A stretch of DNA of 64,000 nucleotides from Ruditapes philippinarum (taxonomy: Eukaryota), in contig NW_026856555.1 in the NCBI RefSeq assembly GCF_026571515.1, forward strand, positions 62,001-126,000, given 5' to 3'. Positions 50,011 to 59,579 of this stretch are shown piece after piece; position 1 is the stretch's first letter, and every line of letters begins with the position of its first letter. Under the pieces are notes generated by a model. The model made no database searches and had not been told where the DNA came from. It worked only from the letters and a program-made list of their open reading frames with translations. A program made the position numbers and the translations under genes.

Positions 50011-51513
50011 ATGACTACCTCATACAGCCATTATCCACCCCCAATTAAAAAATTCGGAGATGGCAGTACATTTGATAAGGCTGCCTATGCTGCTTATGAA
50101 GCCGTTAAATCCGAAAGAGATGCTCTAAAGGAGATTGAAAAAACCTCTAAACGTAGAATAGAAGCTCTTGAAAAAGAGACTGCGGACTTGCTATCCTCCT
50201 ACCAAGGAATATATGATGAAAACAGAGTACTGCGTAGTAAAGTTGAGCATGGTCCAAATGCACAGAAAATTCGCAATTTCCGAAATGAAATTAAACGATT
50301 AGAGGAAAAGGTTTCAGCACAAAGAACTGAAAATAATATGTTAAGTGAAGAAATTGCATCGTTGCAAAAACAATTTAATATCATATCTGAGGAAAAGAAA
50401 AGAATTGATGATGCCTTTAAGATGGAAAGATCGTTGCATATTGAGAAAACGACTAACGCTGAGGAAGAAAATAAAGATTTATACGCAAAGATAGAGAGAT
50501 TAGAAAGACAACAAGAAGAATATGAAAGAAGAGTAAAGAACTATGACGAGGAATCTGAAGGGCTACTTAGTAGATACAAAGAACTTAAACGAGACAATCT
50601 TAAGATGGAGACGAAATTCAAGAAACAAAAGGATATGGCAGAAGAAGAAATTCGTGAAACGAAAGAGTTAAACAAAGAAATGGCTAAAGAAATAATTGTG
50701 CTTAAAACAAGACAAGCTAAACTGCAGGCAGAATTTAATTCAGTAAAGTTGGATTACCAGGCGGCCGAGAAACAAATAGATTATCAAAATAAAGAATTAG
50801 ATGTTTTTAGAACCCAATCTCAACTTTTGCATAGGAACGTGAAAATATCTGAACGTGAATACAACTCAATGAAAGAAGAGCTACAATCAGTTGAAGAAAT
50901 GCTTGTTGACGCAAGGAATTTCGGCTTTGAATCTGTCATTGACGAAAGAAGAAACCTGAAAAAGAAAGAAAGAAAGCAATTTAAACGTATCGATGATTTA
51001 GAATTGCAAGTAGAAGAATTAACTAGGGAAAATAATGACTTAGAAAAAGAAGCAAACGAATACAGGCGTAAAATGGAAGCAGCAATCATTGAAAGGGAAA
51101 ATCTCCTTTTTGCAGAGACAACTTTAAAACGAAGAATAGAAGTATTAGAAAATGCAAATATTGATCTGGACAGGCGAACAAAGTTTATGTCTAGCAAAAG
51201 CAAAACGGGACTGGTTGTTAAAATGCCAGACGAGAATATCAAGAACTTGGAGAAAGAAAAGGCTTCTCTATTTGCAAAATGTCGATACCTCGAGACACAG
51301 AATAGGCGTTATGCAAGGCGTATCAAAGAACTAGAAAATGGAATGGAAATTGATGACTTTGATAATGAAAATGCATCTCGTCTTTTCAAATCGAGAGTAA
51401 CATCGGACCACGTGCTTCATGCCGATATGCCAACTTTGTCCAATAGAGATCCAAAATCATCATATCGACGAAAAGCCAAACTCCCTAGATCACTTCCAGC
51501 TCCTTCTGTTTGA
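50011..51513 (+). CDS. Uncharacterised coiled-coil protein CC6 (500 aa)
   Basis: ATG follows acceptor ttatatttcag| (49988); AYEAVKSERDALKEIEKTSKRRIEALEKE..YQGIYDENRVLRSKVEHGP aligns with the CC1-3 core; two more module copies near the C-terminus. Confidence 0.9.
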   Translation: MTTSYSHYPPPIKKFGDGSTFDKAAYAAYEAVKSERDALKEIEKTSKRRIEALEKETADLLSSYQGIYDENRVLRSKVEHGPNAQKIRNFRNEIKRLEEKVSAQRTENNMLSEEIASLQKQFNIISEEKKRIDDAFKMERSLHIEKTTNAEEENKDLYAKIERLERQQEEYERRVKNYDEESEGLLSRYKELKRDNLKMETKFKKQKDMAEEEIRETKELNKEMAKEIIVLKTRQAKLQAEFNSVKLDYQAAEKQIDYQNKELDVFRTQSQLLHRNVKISEREYNSMKEELQSVEEMLVDARNFGFESVIDERRNLKKKERKQFKRIDDLELQVEELTRENNDLEKEANEYRRKMEAAIIERENLLFAETTLKRRIEVLENANIDLDRRTKFMSSKSKTGLVVKMPDENIKNLEKEKASLFAKCRYLETQNRRYARRIKELENGMEIDDFDNENASRLFKSRVTSDHVLHADMPTLSNRDPKSSYRRKAKLPRSLPAPSV

Positions 51514-53328
51514 ACATATATTATCGTTCATTGTTATTACACTTGTAATGATATCATTATGTTTTATATTTTGGCGTCACGTTGCTCTGACCCGAATCTA
51601 CAAACAATGTTTTTTGTAGTTTTTAAGCTTTTGAATCATCCGGAATGCAATATTCAACAAAAGTGAATTGAAGAGATTGCATTAGCCAAACTGTCGAATA
51701 AATTAAAATATATCAATTTGTTTATCTATTTATGCATAATTCATATATTTTATCACGCAATGTCTGGCGAATTCTTCGTTTATAATTATCTTTAACTGAT
51801 ATTGCAAAATTTGACATATGATTTGAAAATAAAAGTATATTTTTTGTTACCAAAAAGAGCATGAAAAAGTACTCGAACGGGCGTTAACCTGACATTTTCT
51901 TCACAATATAAAACAATACGAAAGTTAGATTGCCATCCAATGAATTAAAGACACCGAAATGCCTTGGTGTTTGGGATTTACGCTTTATTAGTCGCCGGTA
52001 GAAACCGGCGAATATATTTGTAGCAGTTTAATATTATACCTATGGTAGGAGAAGCCCTTAAAATCTGAAAACAACAGCATATCAATCATTGAACAATTAA
52101 AGACAAAAATTATTTTTCAGTAATCTCACAAATTCAAAAATATGGTAACTTTGCTCAGTGAAATGAAATATGTACATATTAACATCTTAAAAAGCAACAT
52201 TACAATTTTCATAAAATGAATCAATAACGTATCCCCAAGGATCAGTCATTGAATATTAGGGTTACTTTTACTTTTTTCTATGTGTCAAGCATTGCTACTT
52301 TATAATATATAAATCATGAACGATATTTGAAATGACACTTTAAAATTATTTGGTTGTTTATATTTTATGAGACCTATTATATTACATTATTTTATCTAAT
52401 TGTAAACAAATTCTATTACATAAGTAATTTTTCATTAATCAGTTTCATACTTTATATCATTAGAAAAACCTGTTTACTCATAATTTACACATTAAAAATA
52501 AATTTTCAAAACCTTTTCCTTTCTTCTTGGTAAAGGGTTAAACTTGGCCCTTTCTGTCAAACTTTCGACAAGAAAGTTCAAAAGTTTAGTTAAGGTTGAT
52601 CATCCCAAAACAATTTTATGCCTAAGAGGCACATTATTGAAATAGTTGATTTCGGTATATTCCGTCGGTTTACGTCACGCAGGTTTGACGTTGGGGGTCC
52701 GAATCGTATTAGATACATATAAAGAAAATAATAAACTATCTTTGTGTTGATAGTTTATAGCACTGAAAGGCAATTGATATATCGTATGTAACAATGGAAA
52801 TACATGTATTGATTTCAACTAAATTATATATTTTTCTATAGCTTATAATAATGATGTGCAACACTTTTACAGTAAAATTGTATTGTTTCATGAAATAATT
52901 AAACATATAGATCTATATTTTCATAGTCACTTTGCAAATATTCGATGATCGGTAATTATTTGTCGGTAATTATCTGAATCAGAACTAGTAACCTATACAG
53001 ATTTCAATGTATGGTACAAAAGTATATGTATAAAGTACAATTTCAAGAAGAATTACAAGCATAGCGCTTGCCTTACAAGCCTCCTCAACTCGTTGTTCAT
53101 CTTATTTTTATACTTGAACAATTAAACTTATATTTTCTTATATTTATGATAATAGATCTACAATCATTTTTCTATCCGGCGACTTGATGTTATAAAGCAT
53201 CAAATTCTCTACTTGTTGATATTTGATTTAACAAACGATAATACTACAATCATGATGGCATTATCAATTCAAGTCAGAAGAGCATGTTAATAAATATGTA
53301 GCCTCCTACACAAACGAAGTAAATAAAT

Positions 53329-54151
53329 AGAGGATTTTTGTTTGTTTTGCATGTAAGATTGAAATATAATTTCACTGAGTGAACACCAGATGCAATATTT
53401 TCACGAGTGACGTAGCCACGAGTGAAAATATAATAGCTTGTGTTCACGAATGAAATATATTTCAATCTTATATGTAAAACAAATAAATTTTTCTTTTCAT
53501 TTCATGCTTTTTAAGTGATTTTTTTACTGATTTCGCCGCGTAACGTCGCGCATTCTCCTTTGTGACGTCATCACATCATGTCGTCACATCATCAATTTTG
53601 AAATGGCTGTGACTAAAAAAAGGATTGGAGTACCACACTAAATACCGTATTCCGGTATTTACCGGACAAGGCGCTTGAGTGATAAAATGCTTAAATCTTG
53701 TCTTTTTACCCAACGGAATGAACTTTAACAGGTCTAATTCATCTTTTCACATCGAATCAAGTACGATAATCAAGGAAAAATGTAAAATTCGGCAAAAAAA
53801 CAATATTTGTCTATTTTGTGATCATGATTTCTGCAAGCGTCTACAGGTACTGCTCAAATCCTGTATTGAGCTAAATCCTTTTGAAATATAGTTGTGTTAA
53901 ATTTCTCTAATTTTGTTACATTTTTAACATGATGTATGATGACATCGACTTACTTTTGCTAAAGAAGCAAAATTTACGCATGACAGCATTTATCTTTGCC
54001 TGTTATTCCAATTAGTTATGATTTTCTTTTCATCCGCATTCAGATATAGTCCGGCTACAGTGAAAATTATATTTTATAAATTTCACTAGTGGTTTATCAG
54101 AATATAATCACCTGATATATTACAATAAAACACTGGAAAGCATGAAATAAA
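53329..54151 (+). mobile_element. Non-autonomous interspersed element with a ~140-bp terminal hairpin (copy 1)
   Basis: Hairpin 53341-53483 centred on cacgagtgacgtagccacgagtg; an inverted homologous copy lies at 57643-58169. Confidence 0.8.
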
Positions 54152-54369
54152 TTTTGTATAATCTAAATGTTTTTCATTCTCTTTAAAGTATCGCAAAACA
54201 TCTTCTTACACACACGCGCGCGCGTTGTTGATTTTTGCTTTTTTCAAAAGATATCAAAATAGATCAGAGGAAACATCTGTATTTCAAAGATGAATATCAC
54301 TTATATACCCAGGTATATCCTTTATTTAAACAAAATATGATGAAACACGTACAGTATATACATTGTTGG

Positions 54370-54545
54370 GCATCCGAGTGGTTAAGGTCGTTGAATTCAA
54401 ACCATTTGCCCGTCACTGATGTGGGTTCAAATCCCGACAGGGACTTTGGATTCTTTCGTGTTAGTAAGCTTTCCAGAAAGCTTACGAAACGTTGACTATA
54501 TGATCTTTACTCCTTTGGTGCGACGTAAAATCCAACCCGAAAACA
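54370..54545 (+). mobile_element. SINE family A copy with internal deletion
   Basis: CCGAGTGGTTAAGG (box A), GGGTTCAAATCCC (box B), tail GCGACGTAAAATCCAA. Confidence 0.75.
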
Positions 54546-55020
54546 CGTGTGGGGGAGGGCATGGAGTTTGGTTGTTAAAATTTTGCTCTACAAAGGTAAA
54601 TGTTTTAGGCATTGCCAATTTCGTGAGAAAACACACTGTTGTTGTAAAGAGGTAGTTGCTCTATAGAAGGTATTTCATCAAAGGTTATACTGTACATCCT
54701 TCAACGCTGGAAAAGAATCACGGGCTTTACATTCCACGGAATTCCGCAATACGTTCCTTTCTAACGTCACGTGAAACGAGTGAAGATAATTTGTTGAATG
54801 TCCAATTTGTAGATAGATTTAATGTGAGATCAAAGTTTGCGACGGTTTGTCACGACAGTGGTATAAAAGTGCTAAAACTTAATAATCTAACTTTCTAAAA
54901 ACAAAAACATATTTGTAATGTATTATATGTGTTTCTAAACTTGTGGTCAAAAGAAAGCTCACAAAAGTAATATTTATACTTATAGGTTATCAATTCTAAT
55001 GCCTTTTTAAATATATTTAC

Positions 55021-55213
55021 TACGTTCAAATCTCAAAGGGGCTTTTGATTCTTTCATGAGAGGAAGCTATCCAGCTAGCCTAAGTAACTTCGGTGGTTCT
55101 ACTCAGGTGCCCGTTCGTGCCTGAAATAATGCACTGGTTCCTCAACCAGTTAAGCTGGAAAATAGCTTTATTGCCTATACTGTGTTAGTGCGACGTAAAA
55201 CCCAACCAAAAAC
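55021..55213 (+). mobile_element. SINE family A copy (5' truncated)
   Basis: GAGGAAGCTATCCAGCTAGCC..CGGTGGTTCTACTCAGGTGCCCG..GCGACGTAAAACCCAACCAAAA. Confidence 0.8.
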
Positions 55214-56477
55214 ATTGGGGGGGGGGGGGTAGATATTTGGGTTGTTACTGAAAGTTTTGCTTTACAGCGGTAAAATGTATTGTGAATTGTTATTTAAGGA
55301 TGAAAATATACTTCATATCCCAAAAGTGATATTGATCTAAAGGCTGCAATTTGAATGATTTCGCCGTTTTCCGCATAAAGCAAAAGATATACCGAAATGA
55401 CAATTTTTTATACTGCAATCGTTCTGATGAACGCCAACGCCTGTGCTTTAATTAAGTTCAGGGTCTAACTTTGATTTTTCGAAAATAAAACTACAAAATT
55501 AACATATTATACTTCTTTGTTTTAAAAATGCTGCGCTCAAATTAAGTGTCTAATAATTAAGTGTCTGATTACATACAATTTTTTTACTTACATCAATTTT
55601 ACGAAACGACATGTTTTGCTTATTACTTTGCATATTTTCTTTTATATCTACCTATGTGTTGTCTCCCTTGCACTAAAAAATAATACAACCAAATCAACAT
55701 TATTTTTATACTTTATATTGATATAGCTTCTTTCCTATTCTCTCTTCTTAGAAGTGTCATTTTGGCTACTTATAAAACGGGATAACTCGGATACAAGGGT
55801 GGGTCCAGCGTCGCCTTGATTGGCGAGAGAGGTGTAAAATTTCATTTAATTTAAAAAGTTATGTTATTGTAAACTTTCTCAGGTCACCAGACACCATTCG
55901 TATCCGTTCCGTGTTAACTGATTTCGGTATGACATTTCAAATTCAAATTTGTATTGAATTCAATTATCTTACATCGGTTGTATAGACATTGTCTACGATC
56001 TTTTGTATGACCTCTCGTTCATTATATATCAGTTGCGCTATCAATGAAAGAAAAAGAATTGACAACACACCTTCATCTAAATATAGAAGATTGATAAGAT
56101 TAGATACAATAAAACTGCACGTTTGTAACGCCGATTTTTATTGGACAATCGAAACGTTTAAGAAATCATGAATTTATTTCTTATGTAATGAAATATTATT
56201 ACGAAACTGTAAACAAGTGTGCAGTATATAAATCGTAGCAGCACGGGTCATATATGTTTTGTCATAACAGTTTATACTTGGTCATATCACATGAAAATGA
56301 TTGAACTATATAATATTAAAACATTTAAATATACATGTGCGTATATTTAATCAATTTTGTCGGCGTATAGATGGTATCGCATTCTACTGAAAGACTTCTG
56401 TATGTAGTAAAATCAAGGATCAACGTACGTATCTGGTTGGTCGCAATTCCGTTAGATAAAGACCTAAAGTTTTGCCC

Positions 56478-57536
56478 TTAGTCATAGACTTGTGAATCAG
56501 GAAGCAAATATTCATAGTCAAATTTAACAGGCCTCTCTTCAAAATTTACATGTTGTTGTTTATTTCCCTTTGGAATACTTTTAAAATCCTTTGTGAGTCC
56601 CATACTTTTGACATTTTTACGTGCAATTTGATGTTCTAATTTCTTGATTACTTTCTTCAATGTATCATTTTCAGCTTGAACTTTTTTCACCGCTTCTCTT
56701 TCATTCGAATTTTCAAATTCTCGAAGAGTGTGTTTCAGAGATTCATTTTCTGTCCTAAGTTTCTTTAATTCTGCTTTAGACCTCTTTTCTTTTGTAATTC
56801 TATCTTTTTCTTCAGCTTGACTTGTAGGTTTAAATTTTTCTTGAAGAGCTTTAAGTTTGTCTTGAAACTTATCACTTTCATTTTGCTTTTCAATTATTTC
56901 TTTTTCCAGCCTTATAATTCTTTTCTTATAACCGCCTTCTGCCTCCCTTAGTATCCTTCGATCTTCGAAAACTCTACTGTATGGTTCAAGAAGCGGGTCA
57001 TTACCTGTATCCATTTTCCGTCTTAATCTTTCATTATCCTCGTACAACTTTGTAAACTCTCCAAGTACTCGTTCAACTTCTTGTTCCAGCTCTGCTATAC
57101 GTTTCTCGTATTTTTCATTTAGTTCTAGAAGATGCGCCCTCTCATCCATAAACCCTTCATATTGCTGCACGTTCATGATCTTGATTGTTGGTTTATTTGA
57201 CTCAGCCCCGTTCTCTAAAGTTTGTTTTTTCACATTCTTCTGCCTCAGATTACTTAAAGCTATTTGGTTCTTTTTAACTTTCCCTGATTCGAGATCTTTT
57301 GATTTTTCCATCCAAGTCTTTTCGTCTTCAAAATTGTTTGACTCATGTTTATCGTGTGAAGTATTGTTTTCCTCGTGTTTATGCTTAATCACTAAAACAT
57401 CTACATCTTTTGGTATCGGTTTTCTTTTAGACTTCGGTTGTGTTTTTAATTTGTTGTCTTCTAAAGAGGGTATTTTATTAAACTTTGCCCGAAATACTTT
57501 GCTCTTTGCAGGTATGGTGCTTGCAGCATTGCTCAT
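56478..57536 (-). CDS. Uncharacterised coiled-coil protein CC7 (352 aa)
   Basis: First ATG 57536 (MSNAAS) follows acceptor tttttgaatttcag| (57546); two modules, YEGFMDERAHLLELNEKYEKRIAELEQE..LYEDNERLR and PYSRVFEDRRILREAEGGYKKRIIRLEKE. Confidence 0.85.
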   Translation of the reverse strand: MSNAASTIPAKSKVFRAKFNKIPSLEDNKLKTQPKSKRKPIPKDVDVLVIKHKHEENNTSHDKHESNNFEDEKTWMEKSKDLESGKVKKNQIALSNLRQKNVKKQTLENGAESNKPTIKIMNVQQYEGFMDERAHLLELNEKYEKRIAELEQEVERVLGEFTKLYEDNERLRRKMDTGNDPLLEPYSRVFEDRRILREAEGGYKKRIIRLEKEIIEKQNESDKFQDKLKALQEKFKPTSQAEEKDRITKEKRSKAELKKLRTENESLKHTLREFENSNEREAVKKVQAENDTLKKVIKKLEHQIARKNVKSMGLTKDFKSIPKGNKQQHVNFEERPVKFDYEYLLPDSQVYD

Positions 57537-57642
57537 TTTTACGATCTGAAATTCAAAAAGTGACGACAATTTGAAAAGGCAATATGAGTTTAAGAATGCT
57601 AACAATTCTTCGACAGTATCAAAGCGAAATCACAGATAATAG

Positions 57643-58169
57643 TTTATTTTATTCTTTCCAGTGTTTTACTGTAATATATCAGATGATTATATTCTGACAT
57701 ACCATTTGTGAATTTTATAAAATATAATTTTCACTGTAGCCGGACGAATGCGGATGAAAAGAATATCATAACTAATTGGAATAACAGGCTAAAGTAAATG
57801 CAGTCATACGTAAATTTTGCTTCTTTAGGAAAAGAAAGTCGATGTCATTAGATCTATATATCATGTTATAAATGTAACAAAATTAGAGAGAATTAACAGA
57901 ACTGATGATGTGACGTCATAAAGTGATGACGACATAAAGGAGAATGCGCGACGTTACGCGTCAAAATCAGTAAAAAAATACTTAAAAACACTAAAAAGGG
58001 TGAAATAGACGCAACAATTTATTTTACATATAAGGTTGAAATATATTTCATTCGTGAACACCAGCTATTCTATTTTCACTCGTGACTACGCACTCGTGAA
58101 AATATTGCATCTGGTGTTCACTCAGTTAAATATATTCAATCTTACCTGCAAAGCAAACAAACATCCTCC
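57643..58169 (-). mobile_element. Inverted second copy of the 53329-54151 element (lacks ~300 bp of the interior)
   Basis: Reverse complement of 53329-~53595 joined to ~53890-54151. Confidence 0.8.
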
Positions 58170-58319
58170 AAATATTCAAGTGTAAAGACAAAAGCTTTTT
58201 CTGTATTATATGAATGAGTATACAATATCGGTGTATCTTAATTGGTTATTTTATTACAAAGTTATGAAAAATTAATTGAAACATAAAGATTTCTACAAGG
58301 TGTATACTTTATAAAGAGC

Positions 58320-58623
58320 TGTCACAGGGTGAGAAAAATGGGCAGCCAGACCGGGACTCAAACTAGGACCCATTGAACCGTGACACACTCCCCTGCTATA
58401 TCGAAATTCGTCCTCATTTTTTTACGGCTACATAGCAATGAGAATTAAACTCCGAGCTATAGTCAGTCACGGTCGAATGTTGGGCGCCAAATGTAAATGT
58501 GATGCGTGACCTCGACTCGAACCCCGGCACCCCCAAGACACCGTTCCGCGGCTCTACAGACTGATCTATCCGGCGGCTTACATATATTCTTCCCTATAAA
58601 GTGAACAGTTCTGAACCGTGACA
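58320..58623 (-). mobile_element. Miniature non-autonomous LTR retroelement (TRIM) with tRNA-like LTRs
   Basis: Minus strand: TGTCACGGTTCA...ACA (58623-58492), TT, PBS TGGCGCCCAAC (58489-58479), short interior, PPT-like AGCAGGGGAGTG, second TGTCACGGTTCA...GACA (58385-58320). The 5' LTR contains GCCGGATAGATCAGTCTGTAGAGC and GGGTTCGAGTC. Confidence 0.7.
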
Positions 58624-59579
58624 AGCGCTTGACAAAAAGATTTGATGATAAAATGACTTCGTGTATCTAAAGGCGGTTTTAAATATACTGCTATTGAAGT
58701 AGTTCATACATCTCGTTTTCTATCTTACGTTTAGTAATTTGGTGTTTTCTTTTGAATTTCGTAAGGTTTGATCAACTAGAATCGACCTAATTACAGAACA
58801 AAATGACTTTAATAAAGATATGTATATTGTTATTTTTTTTACCAAATGTAAGGCTACATATGAAAATCTTACTTGATATTCACATCCAAGCTCAACAATG
58901 GCAGCCCGTTTAACTTTCTCGCGGAATAATGTAAAAATGAAACATTGAGTTATTTTTAAACTATCGACTGATATATGAAATCGTTATACTTCTCCTTTTA
59001 AATTTGAAATTTGATATCATACTTTTAATTGAACGCTACTGATTCGTTAAACTTTCTTTGTAATAAACCGATCTTAAAAAAAAGAAAAACCTTAAGACAA
59101 AACAACTTAAGAAATAAAAATACCTGAATGATCGTTAAAGAATGAGATATGTTTGACAAATATTTTTTAAGTTTAAAGTTTAAATCTTAAGATATAAAAC
59201 CTCATAAGTTGTTATCTTATTACTAATGGAAATTTGGGTAAGTTTACTTTGATATATATGTAAAGCAATTTTATAATATATATCGTATTTTTAACATGAT
59301 TTTGTATAACTATTAAGATATAACAGCTAATATATAATTGTGGATTTATCATATGCATTTTTTTCTTGTTTTCTTCTAACTTTTTAGGTATTTACATTTA
59401 ACGTTTTTATATATAAGTATCTTGTAAAAAATACAGGTGGAACTCGTAAAGGATGTCATACGAAAAGAAATTTTGTGATTGTCAACCATCGTCTAAAGTA
59501 TAAAAAAAAATCATGCATTATTATTGTTTTTCACTAAATGGAAAATTCATTTTCTGTTTTATTTTATTTGCATTTTCAG

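Noticed and set aside
54370-54440. tRNA genes at SINE heads (also ~180-253, ~40085-40147, 58500-58580)
   Set aside because: Box A/B-like motifs are present, but the cloverleaves are broken and embedded in repeat bodies.
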